Shown here one piece after another: positions 41,887-54,500 of a DNA stretch of 64,000 nt. Where the stretch lies: NCBI RefSeq assembly GCF_009914755.1, contig NC_060942.1. One strand, written 5' to 3'. The notes beneath the pieces are model-generated. The model was not told the origin of the DNA. It did no database searches and saw only the letters and a list, made by a program, of their open reading frames with translations. The first letter of the stretch is position 1. Every line of letters starts with the position of its first letter. Source of the DNA: the human T2T-CHM13v2.0 reference genome, Homo sapiens. The position numbers and the translations under genes were made by a program.

Positions 41887-44370
41887 TGTATTAGGCCATA
41901 CTAGCATTGTTATAAAGAAATAGCTGAGACTGGGTATTCATAAAGAAAAGAATTTTAATTGGCTCACAGTTCTTTAGACTTCAGAGGACGTGTTGCCAAC
42001 ATCTGTTAGGCTTCTGGAGGGGCCTCAGGAGGCTTTCAGTCATGGTGGAAAGTGAAGGGGAGCAAGCATTGTCAAATGGTGAAAGCAGGAATGAGAGAGA
42101 GAGAGAGAGCAGGGGTTACCACACACCTTTAAACAACCAGATTTTGCGTGAACTCAGGGTGAGAGCTCACTTATCACCAAGGGGATGGCCCAAACCATTC
42201 ATGAGGGATCTGCCCCTATAATCCAAACATCTCCCATCAGGACCCACCTCCATCGTTGGAGATTACAATTCAACATGAGATTTGGGCAGGAACAGATATC
42301 CAAAGTATATTCTTCCACTCCTCGCCACTCCCAAATTTCATGTCCTTCTCACATTGTAGAACACAATTATGCCTTTCCAATAATTCTACTCAAATCTTAA
42401 CTCATTCCAGCATTAACTTAAAAGTTCAAAACCCACAGTCTCATCTGGAACAAGATAGGACCCTTCAACCTATGACTATGTCAAATTAAAAATAAGTTTT
42501 TACTCTTAAGATACAATGGGAATTTTGGCATTTGGTAAACATTCCTATTCCAAAAGGGAGAAATTTGACAAAAGAGAGAGGCTATAGTCCCCACTCAAGT
42601 TCAGAATGGAGCAGAGCAATCATTAAATCTTAAATCTCCAAAATAATCTCCTTTGACTTCACATCCCATATCTAGGGCACACTGGTGTAAGGGGTGGGTT
42701 CCCAAGGCCTTGGGCAGCTTCACCTCTGGCTTTGTAGGGTGCAGCCATTGAAGCTACTGTTACAGGCTGGAGTTGAGTGCCTGCAGCTTTTCCTGAAGCA
42801 GGGGGCAAGCTGCTGGGGGATCCATCTTTCTTGATTAGGTGGTGGGCCTCTTCCCACAGTTCCACTACGCAGTGCCCCAGTGGCAATTCTATGTGGCACC
42901 TCCAAACCCACATTTTTCCTTCCACACTGCCCTAGTGGAGGTTCTTTGTAAGGGCTCTGCCTCTTCAAGAGGCTTCTGCCTGGACACGCAGGCTTTTCCA
43001 TACATTCTCTGAAATCTAGACCAAGGTTGCTGAAAGTTCACCAGTCTTGCACTCTCTATACCTGCAGGCTTATATTATTTGGAATCCAGCAAGGTATATG
43101 GCTTGCATTTTCCAAAGTGGCAACTCGAGCTGTACCTGGGCCCTTGGAGCCACAGATGGATCTGGCATGGCTAGGATATGGGGAGCAGTGTCCCGAGGCT
43201 GTTCAGGGCAGTGAGGTCCTTGGCCTGGCCCTCAAAACAATTATTTCTTCCTAGGCCTCCAGGCCTGTGATGAGAGGGCTTGCCTCTTAGATCTCTTAAA
43301 TGCTTTTGCAGGCTTTTTCTCATTGTCTTGGCTATCAGCACTTGGTTCCTTTTTAGTTATGCAAATCTCTCTAGCAAGTGATTGTTCCAAGTCTGCTTGA
43401 ATTCGTCTCCTGAAAAAACTTCATTCTTTGCCACATGGCCAAACTGTGAATTTTCCAAACTTTTATGCTCTGCTTCCCTTTCAAACATAAGTTCCAACTT
43501 TAAGTCATCCTTTGATCCCACGAATGAGCATAGGTTATTAGAAGCAGCCATGCCAAATTTTGAATGCTTTCCTGCTTAGAAATTTCCTCCACCACATATC
43601 CTAAATGATCACTCTTAAGTTTAAAGTTCCACAGATCCCTAGGGCAGGGACACAAGGCAGCCAAGTTCTTTGTTAAGGTGTAACAAAAGGGACCTTTGCT
43701 CCAGCTCCTAAAAAATTCTTCATCTCCATCTGAGACCTCATCAGCCTGGCCTTTGCTGTTCATAACACTACAAGAATTTTGGTTACAACGATTAAACAAG
43801 TCTCTAGGAAGTTCCAAACTTTCCCTCATCTTCCTTTCTTTTTCCGAGTCCTCCAAACTCTTCCAACATCTCTCTGCTATCCAGTTCTAAAGTTGCTTCT
43901 ACATTTTTGGGTTATCCTTATAGCAATGCCCTACTCCTTGGTACCAATTTTCTGTATTAGGCTATTCTAGCATTCCTATAAAGAAATACCTGAGAGTGGG
44001 TAATTTATAAAGAAATTGGCTAACAGTTCTGCAGAGTTTACAGGGAACATCGTGCCAAAATCTGCATGGCTTCTGGAGAGGCCTCAAAAAACTTAATCAT
44101 GGTGGAAGATAAAGTCGGAACAGACACATCCTAGTGAAAGTGGGAGCAAAAGAGAGAGACACTGGAGAAGGAGGTGCCATACACTTTTAAATGACCAGAT
44201 CTCATGTTAAGTCAGAGTGAGAGCTCACTTATTACCAAGAGAATCACCCAAACGATTCATGAAGGATCAGCCCCCATGATCCAAACACCTCCCACAAGGC
44301 TCTAGCTCAATCAATGGGAATTACAATTTAACATGACATTTGGAAAAGGACAAATATTCAAGCTATGTCA
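41887..44370 (-). mobile_element. Full-length MSTA MaLR provirus (LTR 41887-42312, internal, LTR 43953-44370)
   Basis: Two LTRs starting tgtattaggc...ataaagaaata.ctgaga.tgggt; ~1.64-kb MaLR internal region (ORF 43500-43856 is a MaLR-int relic). Confidence 0.94.
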
Positions 44371-44750
44371 TTTATCATCACCTGTGAATTTGTCATAAAT
44401 TCAAATTTTCAGGTTTCATCCTGAAAATCCTCATCATTTCAGGTAGCATTCTGATATCCACTGAATTAGAAACTCTTGAGGAAGGAGCCAAGCAACTTGG
44501 TGTTTTAATAAGACCTCCAGATGATTCTAATGCATTATTAAATTTGAGAACTATTTGACACTCTAGATTCTAGCCAGTCTTGATCTTTGAAGGATATAGC
44601 ATTATTTGGGAACCGTTTTAAAAGGTGAGCTCAGATTCATTTGTTTTTGAGCAGGACCCGAGATTCTGCATTTAAATAATTGGGTAATAGAGTATTTTTT
44701 ATAACCCTCTAGGTGTTTCCAATATGTACACAAGGTTTAGAACCATTGGT
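44371..44750. mobile_element. MER5A fragments (continuation plus a second copy)
   Basis: 'actgaattagaaactct...tgttttaataagacctccagatgattctaatgc...aatttgagaac' and 'ctaggtgtttccaatatg...ggtttagaaccattg'. Confidence 0.7.
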
Positions 44751-45838
44751 TCATATTGAGGAACAGACAATAAGCAAAGAATAGCACAATTAGTAAGTTA
44801 ATCACAATTGTCTATAACATTTTTTATCAACATTTCAATCAGAGTTGAGTGCCTACTTAAATTATGTACTAGTGTTTAAGATTTATGTGGGGAATCATAC
44901 CTTGTATTTGCCCAGAAGGTCTTACAACTTTGTTGATGAGTTTGGAATGTGGACACAGAATGATAACTGCTTAGGCACTAAAATGCAGGAGATTATCTGG
45001 CCTTGATGGAAAGTGGGATCAGCATAGCTCTCAGGCAGTATTTTGTCCTTTTATTTGTTGGTAAATTTTTAGTATTTGGTGACTACATTATAGATATAAA
45101 AATAAATCACCAGATTTCAAAATTGGAAAACATTTTATAGAATATTGAATTTGAAGTGCTTTTCTATTGTATTGTTGGGTGGGAATAGAGAGACTTATTG
45201 GTGCATCAGTGCTGCTAGAGAAGAAAAAGGGAAACAGAGGGAAAAAAAAGGATAGCGAGAAAAAGAGAAAAGAGAGTAAAGCTCTGGATTCTTTTCACTA
45301 TTTTGCCCAGATGAACTTTCCTTTTCCCTAGGTTATGTAGGACATCATTGCTGCTATCTGCTTATCTCAACTTACAGGTGCATCTAAAATTAGTATGGAT
45401 CAGTGCAATTCAATCTCAGCTACACTTTGTACAGCTTGAGCATCAATTTGAAAATCTAAAATCCAAAATTCTCTAGAATTAGAAATGAATTGAGTGTCAA
45501 AATGACACCGTAAATGGAAATTTCCCCACCTGACCTCATATGATGAGTATCAATCAAAATGCAGAAGCACAACACACAGCTTATTGTGTCCTCAAGGGAA
45601 GAAAAACCCCTTTCAGCCCCCTTTACCTGCAACATGTGTTTTCCATGCATGCCCATATTTCCCCACAAAGTATATCCAAAAAGGGGGATAAATGGCATGT
45701 GTGTGGGCTGTATGCATCAATGGCAAGTTCCCCACAATGCCCCACATGGGCAATGCCCCACAATACCCCACCTACATGAATTACTTATTGTGTTCATTTG
45801 CTTGTTCTCTGCCCTGTGGTGAGAAGATATCACTGAAA

Positions 45839-47860
45839 ATGTCAAAAAGGCCTGAAGATACCTCTGTGGATAACGGTGATAAGAAAAAGAGAAAGCATTT
45901 ATATTTATCTATAGTCTAGAAAGCCAAGCTGTTGGAGAAACCAGACAGCAGTGTAAGTGTGAAATATCTTACAGGAGAATATGGTGTCAGAATGACCACT
46001 ATATGGGACTTAAATAAGCAGAAGAATAAACTATTGAAGTTCTATGCTGAAAGTGAAGAACAGAAGTTAATAAAAAATAGAAAAGGCCAGGCACGGTGGC
46101 TCATGCCTATAATCCCTGCACTTTGATTTCTGGAGTTTGAGACCAGCCTGACCAACATGGAGAAACCCCATCTCTACTAAAAATACAAAATTACTCAGGC
46201 ATGGTGGCATATGCCTGTAATCCCAGCTACTCAGGAGGCTGAGACAAGAGAATTGCTTGAACCTGGGAGGTGTAGGTTGCGGTGAGCCAAGATCATGCTA
46301 TTGCACTCTAGCCTGGGCAAAAGAGCAAAACTCTGTCTCAGAAATAAAAAAAAGACGAAAAGTAGAAAAACACTGCAAAAGGTGAAAATGAAGATCTTGA
46401 ATGTGTATTAAAGAGTGGATCCACTGGCATTGCAGTGAACACATGCCACATAATTGTATGCTGATCATGAAACAAGCAAAGATCTATCATCTATCACGAA
46501 CTGAAAGTTGAAGGGAACTGTGAATATTCAAAAGACTGATTGTAGATATTAAAGAAAAGACACAGCATTAAATTTATAAAGATTTGTGGAGACAAAGCAT
46601 CTGCTGATTATGAAGCAGTGGAAAAGTTCATTGATAGGTTTGCCAAGGTTTGCTGATAAAAGTTTTACACAACAACAAAGTTATAATGCTGATGTATTCT
46701 GACTGTTTGGTATTATTGCTCCAGAAAGACATAGAGTACAGCTGATGAGACAGTTACCCCAGGAACTAAAGATGCTAACAAGTAACAGTGCTGGGATATG
46801 CTAATGCAGCAGGCATACATAAATGTCAACTTGCTGTGATAAGAATAAGTTTGCATCCACACTGTTTTCAAAGAGTAAATTTCTTATCACTCTATTATTT
46901 TGCTAACACAAGACATAGATCACCAGGGACATCCTTTCTGACTGGTTTCATGCATATTTTTTACCAGCGGCTTGTGCTCACTGCAGGGAAGCTAGAATGG
47001 ACGAGTATTACAAGATTTTGTTATTCCTTGACAATTGTTCTGCTCATCCTCCAGCAGAAATTCTCATCAAAAATAATGTTTATGCCATGTACTTTTCCCC
47101 AAATGTAACTTCCTTAATTCATCCATGTGACTAGAGTATCTTTAGATAAATGAAGAGTAAATATAAAATCATTCTCTTGAACAGCATGTTAGCAGCAGTG
47201 AACAGAGGTATGGGTGTGGAAGATTTTCAAAAGGAATTTAGCATAAAAGATGCCCTATATGCTGTTGCTAATACTTAGAACACAGTGAGTAAGGACACAG
47301 TTGTGCATGTCTGGCACAACCTCTGGTGTGCAATTATGTTCAGTGATGATATTAAACAAGATAGTGACTTTGAAGGATTCCGTATGTCAAGTGAGAAAAA
47401 AGTGATATATGACCTCTTTATGTATGCAAAAGATATATCTTCAGAGGCAGTCAGTAAGCAGGAAGTGGATATTGAAGTTTTCTACATTGATTATGAGGCT
47501 CCAGTTGTTCATTCATTGACTGTTGATGAAATAACCACAATGGTTCTGAATCAAGGTGATCATGAAAATAGTGATGATAAAGATAAGATTGCTAACACTA
47601 CAGAAAATGTACCTATAGACAACATGGTAAAAATGTATGATGGGCTTATTGAAGTGCTAGAAAGGATGCATTTGCAACAGAACAAGAAATTATGTCAGTT
47701 TATAAAATCAAAGAGAGATTTCCAAACAAAAAATATTGTTAATGAGGCAGATGGTTCTGGAGAAAACATTTTAAAAAGCTATCCAGCAGAATGCCTCCTC
47801 ATCACTAGAAGACCCACTTCCTGGTCCCTGAATCTGATGTTCCTTCTCACCTGAAAACAT
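45839..47860 (+). pseudogene. Disrupted Tigger/pogo-family transposase (JRK/TIGD-related)
   Basis: MSKRPEDTSVDNGDKKKRKHLYLSI*..LLEK..SVSVKYLTGEYGV..TTIWDL (N-terminal HTH-like), VLGYANAAGIHKC, 'LDNCSAHP'-like coding at ~47027-47050; stops, frameshifts and an Alu insertion. Confidence 0.85.
46085..46357 (+). mobile_element. AluSp-like element with left-arm deletion, inside Tigger4
   Basis: Sp-type 'cctgaccaacatggagaaacccc' and 'ttgcggtgagcc'; TSD aaaaatagaaaa / aaaagtagaaaa. Confidence 0.93.
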
Positions 47861-49339
47861 AAAAGACCATGTACAGTAAATTTTTAATCAAAGTACACTA
47901 TTGTAGGTAGAGATTGGAAAGCCTGGCATTGTTTGTTGTCGCTATTGTTTAAGAGCTGATACAGGTATTCTGGTGATGCTACGTGCCGCTTATTTACCCT
48001 GAACACATTATCTTTTCCCAGTACTAATGACATGTCATATATTTTACTGTTAAGTACTTACGTATAAATAGGGACAAGGAAATGCTGGCTTACTGGTAGC
48101 ACATAAAATCAGAGTCAGAAATCATGGTGATGCCATACAATCACAGATTGTACACATGAGTGGCTAAGATAGTGACATCTTTGCTTTCTGATGGTTCATT
48201 GTACACAAACTTTGTTTCATACACAAAAGTATTTTAAAATATTGTATAAAATTGCATTCAGGCTATGTGTATAAGGTGTATTATAAACAAAAATGAATTT
48301 TGTGTTTGGACTTGTGCTGCATCCTTAAGATATTTCATTAAGCATATTCAAATATTTCAAAATCCAAAAAAAAAATTGAAACACTTTTGGTCCCAAGAAA
48401 TTTCATTAAGAGATACTCAGTTTGTATTCAACTGTGACACATTTAAAACTCATCGAAACTAGTTTTCCAAGCCAAGATATTTGGCCTGGGTTGGGCCCAA
48501 ACATGATTATTCTTTACACATTGCTCAGGTGATCCTCTTGACAGTTGTGAGTGGAGACTTCTAATCGAACAGTGGCACTGTCAGGAGTGTGATGTGGTTG
48601 AGGAAAGCGTCACAGAGTTGAGGACAACTGAACTGAGCTTCAAAGTCTAGAAAGATGCAGAAAGGATGGAAGGAAAGGAGAGTGTTTTTCTTCTGAACAA
48701 AGAAACAGATCAGCAACATGTAAAATTTATTCGAAGGGTGAAACCAGCGGGTCTGATCAAAGGAGAATAGTTCAGGAAAGAAATAGAGGCTTTGTAAGTT
48801 AGAAAGGAATTATATTTTTTTAAATAGCATTTTGAGATTGTAGCCATGATACTACTGTCTTCAAAAGCCTGTGGTATGAAGTGATTGTAGAGTAACTGTT
48901 CTGCTGTTGGAACCTCTGATTTCCATTTTCTTACAATATTTTCACAAAGCCAGGCTCCTACAGATGACGTTCCTCCAGTCCCATGGTGATTTAGGGACTA
49001 GGAATAAACACAAGACTTTAGTTTCCTGTCTGGTGGTTTTCATGGGCATGACATTCATTTTGAGATCTAAAAAGAAAAACAAAATAATAGGAGCTATAAA
49101 TTAAAGTCTCCCAGAAAACCAGCTTGAAATGAGCATACCACTGATAAATATGTCAAGATACAAATATTATTTATTTGCTTCCAAATGAAACAAAGATTAC
49201 AGAATTTCTTCAGTAATGTCTAAAATTAGAGTAAATTTAATTTGTCTTTGTTATGGGTTTTAGTAATCTAAAGGAGCTTACACAGAATAAAAATAAAGGG
49301 GTCATAGAAAATCTCACACTTTGGGCAGCCAAGAAATAT

Positions 49340-49343
<4 letters not shown>

Positions 49344-49382
<39 letters not shown>

Positions 49383-49406
49383 GTAAGCTATATATATATA
49401 TATATG
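49344..49406. repeat. (TG)15 plus (TA)n microsatellite
   Basis: Seen directly. Confidence 0.95.
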
Positions 49407-49459
49407 TAAAGATTTGACATAAAATACCATCTTTATATGATTTAATGCTTTTATAAGCT

Positions 49460-49800
49460 ATGTTCCTAACCTAGAGCCCCTGAATCCTTCAGATTCTTGC
49501 AAGGTCATAATGGATAGGGTGAGGATCCTACTCACAAGTTATTTTCAATATTTCAAGAAGTCTATCAAAAATCATATATTTACTCATGATGGAGCTGCAA
49601 AGAATAAGTACATTTGAGTCAATTTGCTTGAGGCTGAAATTATATCATTTTACTGTCCAAATAATGAATGTCCTTTGTGTTTTTAAACTAGATAGAAGCT
49701 CTGATTAGTTGCTGATGGCATCTCAAATATTTAGCATCATATGGAAATAAACTAAGGAGAGTGTCTTTGGTGGTTAAAAAGTTTGAATAATGGCTGTAAA
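49460..49800. mobile_element. Possible ancient hAT-type DNA transposon remnant
   Basis: Ends 'tgttcctaacct...' and '...aaaaagtttgaataatggctg' resemble hAT MER termini; family not resolved. Confidence 0.35.
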
Positions 49801-52800
49801 TATTCATATTTGTTTTTAAAATTTTATACAGAAAAGGCTGAATTATAAAAATTACATGTTGAGTCTATTTTTAAATTCAATCCTCTTTGGAAATTTGAAG
49901 ATGGTTGTGACCATCCAATGACCCTGTCAAATTTGATTGTCTACATACTAAAATTTCTAAAAATGCGGGCTTCTGAGGAATTGTGTGCTTATCATAGAAT
50001 AATGTTGCCATAGAAAATTAACCATGGAAGATACTAATGGGCACCATAGGGGCCAGAGGAAATATCTACCACAAAACTGTCTTCTGCAGTACTCTTTCAT
50101 CCATCCACTCATCCATTATGAACATATTTCAGCCACCCCTAGATCATTGGCACTCTGCTCTGCCCCCTGCGGGTACAAAGATGGCAAGACACAATGGCTC
50201 TCTGAGTTTGCTGCCCCATTCATTTTGTCCACACAACACATCCTTCAAGTCTTATTGACATGAATTATTGGAGCTTAAGGGTAGTAAGATTGGTTAGAGT
50301 AAGACAAGGTCTGAATTCTAAAGGAAATGAAAGACTTGGAAAGCAATTGGAATAGGAACTCATACATGGAGTGAAAAAGGTGGAATTCATTGAAAAGAAT
50401 GAACCAAGAAATTTCAGATCAACACACCACATCTGTATCTGGCTAGTAGTATTATTGTCACTACTTAAATTTTAGCATCCAACCAGTTTCTTCAAAACTA
50501 GTTCTTACGGGGGACAGAATTTATCTAAAATGTGTAGAGAAACTTAGCCAAAAATTATTGGTTAAATAAAAAATGTGTCATTGCAAAGTTTGCTGTGAAA
50601 AACAAAGCACTGAAAGTGTGGAGGAGGACAGATGTCTGCAGTGTTAGCTTTGTGCTGTGTGAGTAACTTTGCCCTGCATGGCCTGAGTTGGAGTTTAGTT
50701 TAACTGAATGCTGTCTAGAATTACATATACTTTATCCAGTGAAGATAAAAAAGTAGAAATTATTGACTCACTATCACTAGACAAAAACTGGTCACCTGGT
50801 AGATATTCAAACAATATAAATTATTACATAGCTGTGAATATATTTAGAAGAATTGTATCAGATTAATTATGTAAATTGTACAAATAGAATTTTCTATTTC
50901 TGGCTCCCAAATCTATCCAAAATGTCTTTAGTTTCTTAAACAGTAAAATAATAGTCTGTCTACTAGATTCTACCAAGTCAAGAAACTGGCCTCGTATATT
51001 TTAAAAATATTAGTAATAGCATATTAAAAATATTATTTGAAGCATACTTATATCTGAGGTTTCATTCCCTGGGCATTTTAATTAATGGAGTTTTAATTCA
51101 TATAGATAACTTATGCTTAATATTCCTTGAAAAAAAGGAATTTTTGTAATTGTTGAGGAAAGGCAAAGTAGTTGATAGATATGGAAATTTATATACTAAT
51201 TGTGTAAGCAGATCTTCAGTAGAGCATTCAATGCACCCCCTATTTGCCAAAGTATGTGGGGAAGTTATCAATTTTAATACTATCGGATATTTAAGAAAAC
51301 TAGGAACTTTGTTTTAATCCACATCTGTGAGAATCCCCAAAAGGTTCTGTGAATGCTTGCAGTGGTGGACTGTATATTCAGAGATCATCCCAATGTCTCT
51401 CCAGCAACTCAGCTGCAGTCCCTTCCACTTTAGGGCTGCAGAATAAAAGAAAAAAAAATTCTCCTGGGATGGGACTTACTGGTACCAAAGCAGACAGACA
51501 CATGGCCCAGGTTTGTTACTTTGCTGTCTGAGCTTTGACAGTTCCCTGTTATCTTTCACTATGACAATGTGAAGGGCACTTTTGCACTTTGAGCCTTGGG
51601 GAAAATTCAGTTGATACAACCTCCCTCTACTACTTTCTAATAGTGATCCACTTGCTAACTCCAACATCCAACAAGTTGAACCAGTGGCAAGAAGTGTAAA
51701 GAAGTAAGGCTTACCTAACATCAAATAAAAGAGAAATGTGAACAAACAAACAAATAAAAAACCTTTTTCCATGAAACGAGAAATGAGGAGAACAGACGCT
51801 ATAAAGCCAGGTGAAGGTCACTCTGCAGTTCTTCCTTATGCTTTAAAAGCTGTGTTTAATTGTTATTCACGATGCACTGTGGGCAGAACAATTAGTTGTA
51901 TCTATATTAGATCTAAGCTGTAATTATTTGTTACATTAATCATGACTAGAGTGAGAATTTAATTAGTCATGAACATTAAGTGAATTTTTCTGAAGCGGGG
52001 GAAGAATGTTTTCTGTTGTTTGATGCATCTGATTAAGAGAGGGCATCGCAGCTAGCTGGTACACTGGAAGAAGCTGAACCCTCAAGCTTTGCTATCTATT
52101 GACAAATCTGAATTCAGGTGATCTCACATCTCTGCATTTGTGCTTCCTATCCAAATGGTAACTCTTTGTGCAGGTTCCTCGGCATGTGTAAATAGGCACC
52201 ATGTATATCAACTGTCACCAGTAATTCAGAAGGGCCATTGGATGTCAATATTACCCAATTCCTGTTTGTTCCTTTTATTTATTCTCTGCCCCTCTTTTCT
52301 TAATAACAAAAATGTTACCAGAGAAATTCCAGAAAATAGGGGAGAAATGTCCAGAGAGAAGTCTACATTGAGTTAGATTAGTATTTATCTCTGTGATGTG
52401 TTTTGAAAGGAACCGAACGTTTGGTATTCATCTAATCACACACAGCTAATATCCAGTGCCTCAAAGCTCTGCAATGTGTACTCATTTTAAATTAGAAATG
52501 TAAAGACTTCTGGGGGGTACTTGGGGGAGGAAACAAAGCATAAATGTGGTGGCTGTGATAGTGTGGGACACAATGTTTGATAATGCAACACATTTAATGA
52601 GTCACATACGTAGGGCTGTTATCGCCTCAAACAGCTCTACCCTGCTGATGCAAGTGAAAACTTTTAGACAAACTCAGCGTTCTTTTGCTCATTACACTGA
52701 CCTGTCAAAAATGACAACTTGGCCCAGTCTGGTTATTCCATGCTGACAAGGTACCATTCAGGCTTTGCGGCAATAATGTCAGCTTTTAAAGGTGCAATGT

Positions 52801-53483
52801 ACTTAAGAAAGCTCATTTCTATGATTTGGCCAAAAAGAGTCATTTTCCTTGTCAGTGGTGAGGAATGCCTTAGTTTCCTTTAAATTAGGAGTCGTTTTCA
52901 TGGAGATTGTTCCTGGAAAACCTGCAGAAAGGAGAGAAGCTATTTTTTTGAAAGATTTAAAATAGTTTAGCCTACTGAGCAATGGTGTGATTACCCAGTG
53001 TGTTGAAGACAGCTAGGGATGCTCAACTCTGCCCAAATCATATTTCAAAACAACCAATAGTGCAACAAATAAAACTTCAATTTGATCATGAACAGTATGC
53101 ACCATTGCCTGCAAGCAGAGAGCAGTGAGTTGGAAAGCTCTTTCTATGGAGTTTGGGGCCACAATATACAGAATCTGGGGTAAGAAAAAGGGAGCAACAT
53201 GACAGATGCTATATTCCTGGTCTACAGGCAAATTTCTTAGCTTTGTCCAGAAACAAGCAACAAAAAGAATGTTAGTGTTGGGTTTTACAATAGCCCCAAC
53301 ACAAATGTTAGGAGAACTGTTAATGAGCTGATAAATTGGGACAAAAGACAGGTAAATAGAAATAAACTGATACTTCCTTCTATAATTTTTCCACTAATAT
53401 ATTGTGGTTCAGTCCACTCATATGCCAAGTTCAAATCTGAAATGTCTTCACTCAATTATTTCAACATACTACTTCCACAATTC

Positions 53484-53546
53484 AATAGATATGTAGATTA
53501 CATAGATAGATAGATAGAGACATAGACATAGACATAGACAGATAGA
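53484..53546. repeat. (TAGA)n/(CATAGA)n simple repeat
   Basis: Seen directly. Confidence 0.85.
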
Positions 53547-54074
53547 GCTGGTTTTATATCAACCATGAAGATACCTAAGATTTTCACCAACACCTGTAGA
53601 TCCCAATCCAACTGTATTAGCCCTGTGGTTTTTTGCTCCCTGTTTCAAATTCTTTGGTTCTAGGACTAATGACAATCTTTTATCAACTCCTGTGGAAGGC
53701 TCCAATAGAAGACTATGGGAGCACAGTTCTTTTTTAAAAAAAAATACACTCTCCATTTTAATATGAGAATCCTTTGGGTGTGCTTTAGACTGTATTTACA
53801 ATATACTCAGACTCTAGGGTTCTGAGCACTGCCAGCCAACTCTTTCTATGTGATGAAAAGAGGAAAGACCCAAAACAGGATTTGTTTGCCTATGCTTTCT
53901 TTCCTTTTTCTTATGTTAAAAAACTAAAATCTACCCAGAATATTCATCACCAAAATACATGAGTCAAAATCTCTACTTGTACACTTCTTAAGATTAAATT
54001 TTCTAGATAACTAAAGGTAGATTTTATCTGAAGAATAAGTTGTTATAATTGATTACACCTTTTAAAATTTGGAC

Positions 54075-54500
54075 CTAGCAATCAATTAATTAATACAATT
54101 TTATTAAATAGTAGTCTTGGGCTGTAATAAAGAGGGCATTATCCTCAAGTACCTTATAATCAAGTAGGGAAGGCAACACTGAAACACAGGAAAGAGAATA
54201 ATACAGTATTTAATAAATATGTGTGTGACTAAACATGCTATAGACATCTGAGAGTTAGAGGAGGTTACAAAATCTGGATGTAGATAGTGGTGTTAGTGAC
54301 TTCCCTGGAAAGACAAGTAGATTTGTATACATGTACTCAGAAAGGCATTGCAAGCAAGAGCTAATGCCAGCTAAAACTCATGCAAAGTATGTTTGAGGGG
54401 AGAGTCAACTTTGGTTGAAAGAGAATACTCGCGTTGTGAAATGAAAGATTATATCGAGAGGAAAACGTGTAACCACATTGTAAGAGTCATTGAATGACAG
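54075..54500 (-). mobile_element. Decayed L2
   Basis: 'atcctcaagtaccttataatcaagtagggaaggc...gacttccctggaaag...aggcattgcaagc'. Confidence 0.5.

Larger units (their letters stand above)
45432..48424 (+). mobile_element. Full-length Tigger4 (Zombi) DNA transposon
   Basis: TA-flanked degenerate TIRs cagcttgagcatc... / ...gatactcagtttg; internal pogo/CENP-B-type transposase relic. Confidence 0.9.

Noticed and set aside
47285-47854. 189-aa ORF as a domesticated TIGD/JRK-like gene
   Set aside because: Part of a TIR-bounded Tigger4 with upstream stops, frameshifts and an Alu insertion; starts at GTG
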